A stretch of 64,000 nucleotides of DNA, taken from the NCBI RefSeq assembly GCF_001306035.1, contig NZ_LGCM01000055.1:1-64000 (forward strand), in the 5' to 3' direction. Within the stretch, counting starts at the first letter, position 1. Each line of letters starts with the position of its first letter. This document shows, piece after piece, positions 1 to 10,214 of this stretch. Both the position numbers and the translations under genes were made by a program. Origin of the DNA: Levilinea saccharolytica. Lineage in GTDB: Bacteria; Chloroflexota; Anaerolineae; Anaerolineales; Anaerolineaceae. The notes beneath the pieces were generated by a model that was not told where the DNA came from, ran no database searches, and saw only the letters and a program-made list of their open reading frames with translations.

Positions 1-106
1 TCAGGGCAACGATGCGCTGCAGCTCCAGGTCCTGGGCTTTGTAGACTTCGGCAAACGTGCCGGAGCCGAGCAGGGTGAGAATTTTGTACTTGCCGAGTTG
101 GGTCAT
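1..106 (-). CDS. Ser/Thr protein kinase, N-terminal fragment (gene continues beyond left window edge)
   Basis: Reverse strand reads ATG at 104-106 then MTQLGKYKILTLLGSGTFAEVYKAQDLELQRIVAL..., i.e. a Gly-rich loop (GSGTFAEVYKA) typical of Hanks kinases. There is no stop before the window edge. Confidence 0.5.
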   Translation of the reverse strand, partial: MTQLGKYKILTLLGSGTFAEVYKAQDLELQRIVAL

Positions 107-181
107 CCTCTGTTTCCTGTAAAGCTGTTTTTTCGATGGATAGGTTGGACAGGCAAAGCGTTTCTGCGAGAAAGCGATGCG

Positions 182-2176
182 CTAGGGCGTATTTGCGCTT
201 TGAGCGCAGCGGAAGCCGATGCTCTTATTGCGTCCATCGGGACTGTATTGATTGCGGTTTGCTGCACGGATGCTGGTTGATTCATCATTCCATGCCCCTC
301 CGCGCAGCACTCGATTTTCGCCAATCTGCGGCCCTGTGGGATTACGGGTGGGGGAATTTTGGTAATAACCTTCTGCATACCAATCCGATACCCATTCCCA
401 CACATTCCCCGCCATGTTCAGTACGCCGTAAGGACTGGCCCCTTGCGGGAAGCTGTCCACCGGAAGGGTATCGCCAACGACCCCGTTGTAATTTGACAGG
501 TTTATGTTGGGTGGAAAATTTCCCCAGGGATAGATCCGAGGCGAATATTCGCGGGCGGCTTTTTCCCATTCCGCCTCTGTGGGCAGGCGCCGCCCGGCCC
601 ATTGGCAAAACTCCTTTGCCTGGTTCCAATTGACAAAGATAACCGGATAATTGGCAAATTGGCTGTCTTCAAAATAGGAGCTTTGCAGGATAAATGAGTT
701 TTTGTAGGGGGCAGTGCATTCACCATCAGCCACACAGCGGGCGTAAGCGGCGTTGCTGACCTCGGTCTGATCAATCCAGTAGGAATCCAGGTACACTTGG
801 TGCTGAGGCCGTTCATCCATTTGTGCGTAGGGGTCTATGCGTGGGTCGGAGCCCATCTCAAATTCGCCAGCGGGGACGCAAACCTGGGTCATACCGTCCT
901 GGGTAGAGGTGCGGGTTTGGCCGGCTTGTGTGCAATTGACCAAAGCAGCTGCGGTTTCCGCGGGACTGGCGGCCGAAGGGGCCTGGCCGGGTTGAAGGAC
1001 TGCTGCTGACGTTGGGGCATCGCTTACCGCTCCAACGGGGTCTGGTTCCGGCGGATTGTTCGATAATGCCCTGATCAGCATTAATATACCAACGACCAGG
1101 CCGATGCCGAGCATGGCCAACATTGGCCAGATGCGCCCCGGCAGGCGAGATTTCTTTGGCCCTGGCTGTTCTTTTTTCAATGGGGGATGGAGGGTGGCCG
1201 CAGAAGGTTGATACTGTACTGTCGGCGCGGGTGCATGGATTGGCGGATCGGACGGGGGGGCCGACTGTCTTTGGTTAGCTGCCTTCGCGGGAGAAAGATC
1301 TGCGGCGGGCATAGATGCTGTGACCGCCGAGTGGAAAGCAGCCGGGGCTTCTTTGGTTGGCAGCGCGATGTTCGTGGTAAATTCCCTCAACTCGCGCTCA
1401 AAAGCGGCTGCATCCGCCGGGCGGTCGGCCGGGTTTTTACTCAGGCAGCGCTGGATGAAGGCTGACACCCCGTCGGGCAGGTCCGGCGGCGGCCATAGGG
1501 TTCCGAATTCTGGGCCTTCCAGGACGTGTTTGGTCATGACTTCATCGGGCGTTTCACCCGAAAAGAGTATCTGTCCAGAAAGGATCTCGCCCAAAATGCA
1601 GCCTAACGCGTACACATCCGTGGCGGGAGAGGCGGGGGGCTTTCCCCGCCACAGCTCAGGGGCTTTATAGTGAGGGGTGCCCGCAACACCCCCGCTGGAG
1701 GAGGTGGAAGAGGTTAAGACGCGCGCCAGGCCAAAATCGGCTACCACCGCCCGACCCTGGGGGTCAAAGAGGATGTTGGAGGGTTTCATATCGCGGTGCA
1801 CCCAGCCCTGCTGGTGGAGCTGCTGCAGCCCCTCACAGACCTGCCCCAGAATACTGACACATTTATCCCAGGGCAAAGGGCCTTTTTTTTGAAGGTCAGC
1901 CAGACTTCCGCCCGGGTAATAACGCATCGCGATGAAGTAGCGCCCCTGATCCTCGCCCACACCATAGATGGTGACCACGTAGGGATTTTCCAATTGAGCG
2001 GCCAAACGGGCTTCTCTTTGAAAGCGCTGGATGAAATCCGCATCCCAAGCCATTTGCGGATGAAGGACTTTGAGCGCGACCGTGCGACCGAGAGAAGTGT
2101 CTGTGGCGCGGTACACTGTGCCAAAGCCGCCTTTGCCAATTTGCTCGTGAAGTTCGTAAATGTCAAGGATGGTCAT
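182..2176 (-). CDS. Ser/Thr protein kinase fused to a C-terminal FGE-sulfatase (formylglycine-generating-enzyme-like) domain, single TM between them
   Basis: Kinase motifs GKGGFGTVYRA, HRDMKPSNILFD, DFGLAR. After a Pro-rich linker and a hydrophobic segment, the FGE-like motifs YWIDQTEVSNAAYARCV...NVWEWVSDWY...RVLRGGAWN...GFRCA follow. Start chosen at the internal ATG (MTILDIYELHEQ) to avoid a 38-nt overlap with the upstream gene. Confidence 0.85.
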   Translation of the reverse strand: MTILDIYELHEQIGKGGFGTVYRATDTSLGRTVALKVLHPQMAWDADFIQRFQREARLAAQLENPYVVTIYGVGEDQGRYFIAMRYYPGGSLADLQKKGPLPWDKCVSILGQVCEGLQQLHQQGWVHRDMKPSNILFDPQGRAVVADFGLARVLTSSTSSSGGVAGTPHYKAPELWRGKPPASPATDVYALGCILGEILSGQILFSGETPDEVMTKHVLEGPEFGTLWPPPDLPDGVSAFIQRCLSKNPADRPADAAAFERELREFTTNIALPTKEAPAAFHSAVTASMPAADLSPAKAANQRQSAPPSDPPIHAPAPTVQYQPSAATLHPPLKKEQPGPKKSRLPGRIWPMLAMLGIGLVVGILMLIRALSNNPPEPDPVGAVSDAPTSAAVLQPGQAPSAASPAETAAALVNCTQAGQTRTSTQDGMTQVCVPAGEFEMGSDPRIDPYAQMDERPQHQVYLDSYWIDQTEVSNAAYARCVADGECTAPYKNSFILQSSYFEDSQFANYPVIFVNWNQAKEFCQWAGRRLPTEAEWEKAAREYSPRIYPWGNFPPNINLSNYNGVVGDTLPVDSFPQGASPYGVLNMAGNVWEWVSDWYAEGYYQNSPTRNPTGPQIGENRVLRGGAWNDESTSIRAANRNQYSPDGRNKSIGFRCAQSANTP

Positions 2177-2225
2177 TGAGTCCTCAGAAGTCCTGGTAGG
2201 GTCATTCACCCTACCAGGACCGGGT

Positions 2226-3467
2226 TTATTTTGCGGATCGCGGCAGCCGTCGGGATTCTCCACACTGCGGACAGGGGCCGTTGCTCCCGGTTAGCTCATA
2301 ACCACATTTGGCACAGGCCTCTGGTTTAGGTTTAGGCTTACGGATGAGTAGATAGGCGATGGTTGCGATCGCCGCTGCTCCCGCAATCGCTGCCCACCCC
2401 CAGTTAAATACAGGCTCCGGTTCTTGCGGCTCTTCTGCGGGCGGAGCAACCGCCGGAGCCGAGACGGGTACGGCGGTGGAGGTGGGGACGGGGGTGGCCT
2501 GTGGAGCTGCGGTGGCCGTGGGAGGGATGAGCGGGGTTTCGATCAGAGCTTCGGTATTTGCAGTTTCACCACGCATATTCAATTCCACACTCAAAGCAGC
2601 GCTGCGGCCGTCGGCTGGCAGGGTGGTCGTATAACGAACTACGTAACGAGTCTTCAGCAATTCTCCCATGTCGCTGAATAGAGCCGCCAGGTCAGAAGAT
2701 GACGGGGCGGGGCGGTACAGGCCGCCCGTTTCGGCTGCCAGCCGCTGTAAGTACGGCTCGTCAATGGTACTGCCCAGGCCGATGATAAAGAAAGGCACTC
2801 GCGCTTCTTTGGCCAGTTGGATCGCTTCTTCGGGGTCGCCAATATTGGCTGGATCGTTCTTTCCATCACTCAACAGAAGCACTGCGCGGTGACCAGAAGG
2901 CGTACCTTCGAGCAGTTTCACCGCTTTGGCGGCGGCATTATAGAGCTCGGTACCGCCGCTGGCCTGCAGCGCTTCGATGGTGTCGTATAGCGGAAGCAAA
3001 TTTGTGCTTAAGGCATGTTCCCGCTGACTGGAAAGCGCGGCAGGATCGGGGTTGACATCGGTAGAGAAGGCTACCAGGCCGGCCTGATCCCCTTTTTCCA
3101 GATTTTCCAAAAAGCGAGCCGCGGCAACTTTGGCGTCATTAATAGGTTTGCCTTGCATACTGGCAGAAACATCCATTGCCAGAATCACGCGCAGGTCCGT
3201 TTTGGTGTCCACCTCCACCGCGGTGGGGTGGAATTTGATTCCATTTCCTTCTTGAAGGGTGAAATCCTGGGCGGTCAGCCCAGTGAGGGGCAGGCCGCTG
3301 GCATCCCAGGCGCTCAGCTGAATTTGAATCACGGGGAACTCATCGGATTCAATGCGGTCCAGGAACAAATCAATGCCAGGTGTCTGTGCCACGACAGAAG
3401 GTTGAGTTGGGGCAATAAGCAGCGTGAACGCAAGGATCCAGGCAGTCAGCAACTTCATTGGCGGCAT
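2226..3467 (-). CDS. Secreted von Willebrand factor A (vWA) domain protein with C-terminal TM helix and cytoplasmic zinc ribbon
   Basis: N-terminal signal peptide. vWA/MIDAS motifs VILAMDVSASM and LLSDGKND. TM segment WGWAAIAGAAAIATIAYLLI. C-terminal CAKCGYELTGSNGPCPQCG. Confidence 0.8.
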   Translation of the reverse strand: MPPMKLLTAWILAFTLLIAPTQPSVVAQTPGIDLFLDRIESDEFPVIQIQLSAWDASGLPLTGLTAQDFTLQEGNGIKFHPTAVEVDTKTDLRVILAMDVSASMQGKPINDAKVAAARFLENLEKGDQAGLVAFSTDVNPDPAALSSQREHALSTNLLPLYDTIEALQASGGTELYNAAAKAVKLLEGTPSGHRAVLLLSDGKNDPANIGDPEEAIQLAKEARVPFFIIGLGSTIDEPYLQRLAAETGGLYRPAPSSSDLAALFSDMGELLKTRYVVRYTTTLPADGRSAALSVELNMRGETANTEALIETPLIPPTATAAPQATPVPTSTAVPVSAPAVAPPAEEPQEPEPVFNWGWAAIAGAAAIATIAYLLIRKPKPKPEACAKCGYELTGSNGPCPQCGESRRLPRSAK

Positions 3468-3469
3468 GA

Positions 3470-5842
3470 TTACATCCCCTTAAACTCATTCCCACATTTT
3501 TCACAGAATTTGGCGTCCACTGGTGCGGACTGTCCGCAGTTCACGCACACCTTGCGGCCGTCAGTGCCATTTTGAGCCGTAACCCCACCCCCAACGCTGT
3601 GGATCACCTGCGGAGCCTGCCCAGGGGTGATGATGATAGGCTGTGTGGGCGTCTGCTGTCCCTGACTGCGTGCAAAAGATTCAGCCACGCGGGTGATATT
3701 ATCCATGGCGCGCTCAGTGGTTTGGCGAGATTGGTCTGAGGATTTTTCCCAGGCTTCCTTGATGTCCTCGGCCCGTTTATCGGCCTCTTCTTGTGCACGG
3801 CGCGCAGCTTCATCCTTTTCGTGCACCAGGCGTTCGTACATTTCTTTCACCTCAGCGCTGGTGCGTCCTTCGGCGATGGCGCGGAATTTTTCCTGGAAGG
3901 CTTTGGCCACCTCAGGAGAATTCTCTGCGGCCATGGCCAGAATTTGTTCCTCACTCATGCCCTTGAGAGCCTCAGTTTTCTTAAGGTCAGCCAAAATGCG
4001 TCCCTGCTCTGTGCCTGAGATGGCGATGAGCGCTTCGGGCCCCAGTTTGCCAATTTCAGCTAAGCGGCGCAGCTGGTACTCCTGCTCACTTTCCTGCGTT
4101 TTGAGCATGTGTATGCGTTCGTTCTGACGCAGACGTTCTTCCACTTCCATGCGTTCAAGAAGCATTTGTAACTCTGCTCGTTTCCGTTCCAACTCATCCA
4201 CGCGGTGAATACGGAGTCTCTCTTCCTCATCCAGGCGGCGAATGCGGTTGGTGTCTTCTTCGTCCTTGCGGCGCATTTCCTTCATCTGCCCGAGTAAGCG
4301 CATCCCCATCATGGCATCGGCTTCGTCTTCTTCACGCTCCGCGCGTCGCTGGAATTGAGCCAGCTCAATTGCCCGTTTACGGCGATCTTCTTCGATCTGT
4401 TGTTTGGCTTTCTCAATTTCTATCCGCTTCAATTCGAGCTTAATTTCTTCTTCAACCACACGCAGACGAAGCTCAAACTCATAGTCACTGCGTTTGCGGG
4501 CAATTTCGAGCTCGTTATTCAGTTTTTGCACATCTTCAGCGTGCTGGAAATTTAACTGCATGGCGCGCAGCGAGAAATTATGCTCAATCTCTGCTTTCGT
4601 GATCAGATATGCCCGTTCACGAATATGATCCTGATCTTGCTCCAACCAGCCTTGTTTTAGCTCTTCGCGTTCGCGTGCCTTAAGCAGTTTATCCAGATCA
4701 ATGCTATCCAGGAAGAGTTCAAAATCATGCTCGCTGCGGACTTCGTTGATCTTGTCCGATAAGCTGGCTTCACGCATTCGTTGGAATAAAGCAATCCGCT
4801 GTTCGTGAATTTGGACTTTTTCGGTTTCGGCTGCTAAAGCGTTGAGATCTTCGCGATGCTGCAAGGCCTGCCAACGTTCTCGAAAAGCGGTTTCCTCCTC
4901 AGCCTTTCTGATTCGCGCCTCTTCTTCAAAGCGTCTTTTCTCCTCTTCGGATCCCGCAGCCAAGCGCATGCCTTCCAACTCGGCGCTGGTTCGCATATTA
5001 AGGAGGGCATATTTCCCGCGGATACCTTTCACCTCATCGTAGGGTTCCAGGTTGAGTTCGACCGTGCGGGTTTGCAGGAAACGTAAACCGCTTTGTGCAA
5101 AAGTGCGCTTCAGGCTTTGCTCTAACGCCAGATCCAACTGGGTACACAATGAGGCATCTTCTGCTAATTCACTCAAGCTGTGCTCGCGCAGCCACCGATC
5201 AGCCACTTGTGCAACTTCGGGGTAAAGATAAGCACGCAAGTCTTCTTTTCCGTACCGTTCTCTACCCTTGAGAATATTGATGAGGAACTTGGCCGGCTCA
5301 TTGACTTCCACAACGAGACGCAGGCTCATACCCACCGGCAGAGGATCGCGGGTATAACGCCCACCTAAGTTAATGAGTAAGTCAGTAGGGGTGATATCTA
5401 CCAATAAGGCAGTCACTGAATGCGGAATATCGCCCTTTAGAATATCCCAACCTTTTTGGAGAACATTCTCAATCTTGTAACTGCCCGGCGGAACTAATCC
5501 AAGGTTTTCACCGCGTGAAACAAGCAGCGCATTCGTGCCGGGGTCCACCATCAGTCCCTTATTGAGCAAGCCAGGTAGATCGTTCGCTTCTACGCGAACA
5601 GCAAAATCCTCTTCTCGACGAGCCCACCGTTGGTGGGACATTTCTGGGGCAGCGCTTTCTGAAAGCGGGCGCCCGCATTCGGCGCAAAAACTGGCTTCGC
5701 CGCGATTTTGTGTTCCACACGCGCCGCAGATTTTTTTCCCAGAGGCAAGAGGTTCCCCACAATGGGAGCAATAGGCGGCATTGCGGTTCACCGGTTTCCC
5801 GCAGTGCGGGCAGTCAATTGAAAATAATCCCATGACCATCAT
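3470..5842 (-). CDS. Zinc-ribbon + SPFH (band-7/flotillin-like) domain protein with ~400-aa Glu/Arg-rich coiled coil and C-terminal zinc ribbon
   Basis: Four N-terminal CxxC pairs (CPHCG..CSHCG..CGACG..CAECG). SPFH-like block LLVSRGENLGLVPPGSYKIENV...TALLVDITPTDLLINL...LRLVVEVNEP. Long EEEARIRKAEEE-type coiled coil, as in flotillins. C-terminal CVNCG...CEKCG. Confidence 0.65.
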   Translation of the reverse strand: MMVMGLFSIDCPHCGKPVNRNAAYCSHCGEPLASGKKICGACGTQNRGEASFCAECGRPLSESAAPEMSHQRWARREEDFAVRVEANDLPGLLNKGLMVDPGTNALLVSRGENLGLVPPGSYKIENVLQKGWDILKGDIPHSVTALLVDITPTDLLINLGGRYTRDPLPVGMSLRLVVEVNEPAKFLINILKGRERYGKEDLRAYLYPEVAQVADRWLREHSLSELAEDASLCTQLDLALEQSLKRTFAQSGLRFLQTRTVELNLEPYDEVKGIRGKYALLNMRTSAELEGMRLAAGSEEEKRRFEEEARIRKAEEETAFRERWQALQHREDLNALAAETEKVQIHEQRIALFQRMREASLSDKINEVRSEHDFELFLDSIDLDKLLKAREREELKQGWLEQDQDHIRERAYLITKAEIEHNFSLRAMQLNFQHAEDVQKLNNELEIARKRSDYEFELRLRVVEEEIKLELKRIEIEKAKQQIEEDRRKRAIELAQFQRRAEREEDEADAMMGMRLLGQMKEMRRKDEEDTNRIRRLDEEERLRIHRVDELERKRAELQMLLERMEVEERLRQNERIHMLKTQESEQEYQLRRLAEIGKLGPEALIAISGTEQGRILADLKKTEALKGMSEEQILAMAAENSPEVAKAFQEKFRAIAEGRTSAEVKEMYERLVHEKDEAARRAQEEADKRAEDIKEAWEKSSDQSRQTTERAMDNITRVAESFARSQGQQTPTQPIIITPGQAPQVIHSVGGGVTAQNGTDGRKVCVNCGQSAPVDAKFCEKCGNEFKGM

Positions 5843-5857
5843 ATCCTCCCGAATCGT

Positions 5858-7438
5858 TCAATTCAATTTAATGGCGCGTTGACGCCCGCTGAAATGATAC
5901 AAAAATGCATCAAGATGACCCTCGAGATTCACAAGGTCAGTGGTCAGATCATCTCGTGTCGAAAAAATTTCCTGAAATTGTCTGGCAAGATCGGCCAGAG
6001 CCGATGATTCTGCCAGAAGTTGCTCATCATAATCCAATAAGATTTCCCAACTGCGTTGTGGAATGTTCAAATCGCTCAGATAAGGCGGCGCACCAAAATG
6101 GGTCTGAGCCACTTTGTCACTGACATCCTCAAATTTTCTGCGCAGGTCGCGAATTCGTAATGCTTTTTCCTGTTCGCCGTTATGGTAGCTGCGTGATACT
6201 AAATCATCCAACATTGCAGCAGCCGTTTTCATATCATTTGCTACCTGCCCTCGCACGAGACGGTCAGCCTGGGTGCGATTGTTACCCGTTAACTGATCAA
6301 TGTGTTGGAGATTCCCACAACGCCAATTCTGTTCGGCAATCTCCTCCCGTTTTTGTACCAATCGTTTGAGCGCCTCAAAGATCAGCGGCAGGATCACCAG
6401 CCACAAGCCAGTGAGCCATGCGAATTGAAAATCACCAGAAATGCCTTTTCCGAAGTAGATCGAGAGCCCTGTCACAAATAGACCAATGGCTAGCAGGAGG
6501 AAAATCCAAAAAACATACCAGAACCACCACGAACGCATGGGGCGGTCGGGTTGTGGCGGTGGGGTCATTTCTTTCTTTTTAAGAAGGCCGTCCATTCTCC
6601 AGCGTGAAGGAGCGCTGGATTGGTTTTTTACGGCCCGAACCCAATTGGAAATCTTGTCAGTCAGGGGCTGTGATTTCTTTTCCGTTTGCGTCGGTGAATC
6701 TTCCATGACGACTTGTAGGCGGCTTTTGTCCATTACGTCCGGTGCCAATTGATGGACGAACTCTTCGTATTGCGCCTGGGTTTCAACTGCCGCCATTCGC
6801 TTTTGTAGTTCAACATCTTGAAGACGTTCTTCAAGTGCCTGGACCTTTTCAGCCAATTCTGCACGCTCATCTGAACGCCAGAATGATAAAGCCTGGATGG
6901 AGATAAGCTCCATACCGCTGGTTTGAAGAATCCCAGTCAACAGCCTGGTGAGCTCCTCGCTGATCTGGCGAGCGGGCAGGCCGGCAATTAAATCTACCGC
7001 AAGATACCGACGGGCGATTGTGCTGATGATGGCTTGCGTGTCAGCGCTGCTTAAATCGAGCACGTTGGTATCCATCCCGTTTTTTGGGAGAACCAATTCT
7101 TTGAAAAAACAGACTGGATCCGATATCGTTACCAAAGCTGAAATCCAGGCATCTAGCAGCACGCCATCCCCGCTCATAAAATAGCTTGCCTGGAGTTGTA
7201 GTACACAATGATCATCTGAAACATAGCCAGCCATCATCCCGGCGCCTTTACCAGCCAGGCGTTCAAGCCAGTTTATAACACGATGTTTCCCGGGCGGTAG
7301 AATACGGGAGTGTTGGTCGGTCTCCAAGATCACACCGATGTGCCCTGGCGGGATTTCTAAATAACGATTGAGCTTTCCAGAAAGTTGGCTGACATGGAAA
7401 AATCTTCCCGATGAGCCTTTTTTAGTAGTTTTCTGCAT
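5858..7438 (-). CDS. SPFH-like domain membrane protein (paralogous N-terminal domain to the upstream gene), two central TM helices
   Basis: IPPGHIGVILETDQHSRILPPGKHRV matches the SPFH core pattern (v.pGe.gvv...l.PG.h). Central hydrophobic helices WWFWYVFWIFLLLAIGLFVTGLSIYF and WLTGLWLVILPLIF. Separated by 15 nt from the flotillin-like gene. Confidence 0.55.
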   Translation of the reverse strand: MQKTTKKGSSGRFFHVSQLSGKLNRYLEIPPGHIGVILETDQHSRILPPGKHRVINWLERLAGKGAGMMAGYVSDDHCVLQLQASYFMSGDGVLLDAWISALVTISDPVCFFKELVLPKNGMDTNVLDLSSADTQAIISTIARRYLAVDLIAGLPARQISEELTRLLTGILQTSGMELISIQALSFWRSDERAELAEKVQALEERLQDVELQKRMAAVETQAQYEEFVHQLAPDVMDKSRLQVVMEDSPTQTEKKSQPLTDKISNWVRAVKNQSSAPSRWRMDGLLKKKEMTPPPQPDRPMRSWWFWYVFWIFLLLAIGLFVTGLSIYFGKGISGDFQFAWLTGLWLVILPLIFEALKRLVQKREEIAEQNWRCGNLQHIDQLTGNNRTQADRLVRGQVANDMKTAAAMLDDLVSRSYHNGEQEKALRIRDLRRKFEDVSDKVAQTHFGAPPYLSDLNIPQRSWEILLDYDEQLLAESSALADLARQFQEIFSTRDDLTTDLVNLEGHLDAFLYHFSGRQRAIKLN

Positions 7439-7459
7439 CGATAGCCCTCCTAAATTATT

Positions 7460-10210
7460 CTATTCTTCTCTGACCAAACCCGTCAGGTCCATTCCGCAGC
7501 CCCAGCAATGTTTTGCGCCTGGGTCGATCGATAACTTGCATTGGGGGCAGCTCAATTTTGGAGACAAATCTTGATTTTGCTGTAAAGGATCTCCATGATG
7601 GTTTTGGCTTCTTTTTTGATCAACCTCAATTTGAGGAGAGGATCCGCGCGAAACGACCACTTTATCACCTTTTTGGCCGCCAGACTCCACTTTGTCACCG
7701 CCAACCATCTCTACATGTCCATTTTGGGTTTGTATATAGGTGCCGTTGACAAAAATCTGGGCTGGGTGGTCTACCCCCGTCGATTCATCTTTGCTTTTGA
7801 CACGCACATAAGTGGTTTGCCGCGCATTGTATACGCGCTGCGCCAGATCTTTCCACGTCCAGTACAAAATGAGTGGAACGTTACCATAAAGGCCAATTTT
7901 GGGCCGCAAAACAAGGTCGAGTAGTAGCGGCTTATCGGGAGCTAAATGACTGAAACGCGTGGTCGTGGCTTCAATATCTAAATCAAATCGTTCAGGATTT
8001 ACCTTAAAATCAATATCAGTGGCTATGCCATAACCATCGTTAATCACTGTCAATGTAATATGATTAAAGGCGCCTTCCTCAAATACTTGTCTGGCCTGTC
8101 CTTCCACCATGATTCGCGGGAGACGACGATGGAAGATCACCTTTTGCCAACATATTTCTTGACGTTCATCTTCATAGGCTTGCTGGTAAGAATGCATTGC
8201 TGTCTCGTACAATTCTGCAATGAGCAAATGATCTGCCTCGGCATCCTCGCATTGACAAGCTGCCCGATACCAGGCGTCAGCAGCAGCAAGCGTAAGCTGT
8301 TGGAAAGCCGTCGTTTCCCCCTGCCCGATCAGAACGCAAAGGCGGGACCGTATTCTTGCCTCCTCCTCAAACGATCCCTGCGTTCTCAAAAGATCAGCCA
8401 AACGCTCCATACTCCAGCGATCTGGTTTTTGCTGGTTGACCAACCGTCGCAAAACGGCCATTTCTTGCTCAGGTAAATTTGCCTTGCAATATAGTTGCAC
8501 CGCTCGATCGAGGTAACCGGCTTGTTCAGCTAAATTCGCGGCTTCTGACAGGAGATTCGCTTTTACGAACCAGTTAATATTATCCAAATCAGGGGGCATT
8601 TTTTGAGCGACTCGCCGGGCATTAACCTCATCACCTAATTGGGCATATAAATCACGAGCGCGGGCAGGATCTCCTGAATGTTCAAATAATTCCGCCGCGC
8701 GGCGAATGTCATTGGATTTTTCATAATACTCTGCGGCAGTTAATTCATCCCCCTTGGCAAGAAATACGCGCGCCTGAGCTTCTAAATCGCCATCATGCTT
8801 GAAACACCGCAGTGCATCTTCGTACAATTCCTGGCGTAAAGCCAATTCACCGGCCCGTTTATAATCCCCCGCATGTTGATACAACAGAATCGCTTTTTGA
8901 GGCTCTCCCAGGTTGGTTTCAAAAATTTCCGCAGCACGTAGAAAATCGCCATGAAGTGCATAAGCATGGGCGGCTTCGCGATGGTCCCCGTTTTGTAGGA
9001 GTACTCTAGGGTCGGTATCATTGCCAACATTGGGTTTTAACCACACAGCGGCAATTTTCCCACTTCGTGTCCCTGCAACCGTGATCCCTTCAGCAGCGAA
9101 CGGTTCCGTACGAAGAGGATCTTCATCACTGCCCAGACGGTAATGCCAGATCATTTGACCGTTTTTTGTCTTGGCAGTTAGCAAGCTGCCGTCGTCATTA
9201 AACAGCAGAAGGGTTTCAGGATCCACTACACAGAGATGCCGAGGTCGTGCGGGTAGGTCGGCTGCCCAACAAGTCTCTCCGTTGCGCGTGTCAATGGCCA
9301 GAAGTTGATAACGGCCAGCTTCTGTCACATTTTTGCTCCCGCGCACAACGCTGTAGGCGATGGTTTCGCTGCCGTTGACGGATAACTCTAATGGAGTATA
9401 GGCATGGCTAATATTCCGGCGCCATTGCTCTTTCCCGTCGTTTACATCGCGCGCGATCCAGGTTGTGCGGCCTTCCTGATATAAGAAGGTTTTTCCGATC
9501 ACTCGAGGTGCGTAGGGGAGGAGGCCAAGTGTTGGCAGCTGCCATTGTTGCTCACCATCACTGAGGCGGTAAGCAGAGAGCAGTCCTTCGCCCAACATGG
9601 CTTTTCCGTCACTGATCAAGATATTTTCACCTGCCAAGACTGGTTCGGCCGCAGACCACCAGGTCATGAGAGCCTGTTTCCAGATGGGATGCAGACTCTC
9701 ATTGAATTCGAAAAGAATCAATTCATTGGCCCCCGTGCGCAACAGGAGGCGGTCATCTAATGGGACGGCTTGGCCGATAATCGAACTACCCCCTTCCCAA
9801 AGGGTGGACATTTGGCCCGTCGCTGGGTCAACAACAGCCAAAAATCCACTTTGAGCAATTTCGAGCGGGCGTTCATCGCAAATTGAGACCAAAAAATGGC
9901 GGTCTATGCTGATTACGCTACGCACCCTATATCCAACTTGTAAATTAATGCGCCAGAGCAATTTGCCATTGCGCAGGTGGATGCCACCGATTTCCTGACC
10001 TTCAGAGAACGGCAGGAGCAAAATATCTTTCAGAACGGCAGGTTTGGCTGACATTCCGTGTCCTGGCCCACCCAGACCGCCTCCCAAATTTACCGGTCCC
10101 CATGCTATCTGGCCAGCCTGCGCTGCAGGAGGGCGGATCCATCCACACTGGGCGCAACTGGATGCATTGAGGATCAAGTGATTGTTGGGGCAGAAGATGG
10201 TCTGGTACAT
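7460..10210 (-). CDS. Large protein: N-terminal zinc ribbon, PQQ/BamB-like beta-propeller repeats, TPR-like helical region, C-terminal zinc ribbon
   Basis: N-terminal CPNNH...CAQCGW. Repeated WxxxxG propeller-like strands (LLWRINLQVGY, GQMIWHYRLGS, GETCWAADL). Helical repeats (YEKSNDIRRAAELFEHSGD...). C-terminal CPQCK...CWGCG. Paralogous to 21358..23319. Confidence 0.6.
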   Translation of the reverse strand: MYQTIFCPNNHLILNASSCAQCGWIRPPAAQAGQIAWGPVNLGGGLGGPGHGMSAKPAVLKDILLLPFSEGQEIGGIHLRNGKLLWRINLQVGYRVRSVISIDRHFLVSICDERPLEIAQSGFLAVVDPATGQMSTLWEGGSSIIGQAVPLDDRLLLRTGANELILFEFNESLHPIWKQALMTWWSAAEPVLAGENILISDGKAMLGEGLLSAYRLSDGEQQWQLPTLGLLPYAPRVIGKTFLYQEGRTTWIARDVNDGKEQWRRNISHAYTPLELSVNGSETIAYSVVRGSKNVTEAGRYQLLAIDTRNGETCWAADLPARPRHLCVVDPETLLLFNDDGSLLTAKTKNGQMIWHYRLGSDEDPLRTEPFAAEGITVAGTRSGKIAAVWLKPNVGNDTDPRVLLQNGDHREAAHAYALHGDFLRAAEIFETNLGEPQKAILLYQHAGDYKRAGELALRQELYEDALRCFKHDGDLEAQARVFLAKGDELTAAEYYEKSNDIRRAAELFEHSGDPARARDLYAQLGDEVNARRVAQKMPPDLDNINWFVKANLLSEAANLAEQAGYLDRAVQLYCKANLPEQEMAVLRRLVNQQKPDRWSMERLADLLRTQGSFEEEARIRSRLCVLIGQGETTAFQQLTLAAADAWYRAACQCEDAEADHLLIAELYETAMHSYQQAYEDERQEICWQKVIFHRRLPRIMVEGQARQVFEEGAFNHITLTVINDGYGIATDIDFKVNPERFDLDIEATTTRFSHLAPDKPLLLDLVLRPKIGLYGNVPLILYWTWKDLAQRVYNARQTTYVRVKSKDESTGVDHPAQIFVNGTYIQTQNGHVEMVGGDKVESGGQKGDKVVVSRGSSPQIEVDQKRSQNHHGDPLQQNQDLSPKLSCPQCKLSIDPGAKHCWGCGMDLTGLVREE

Positions 10211-10214
10211 GATG

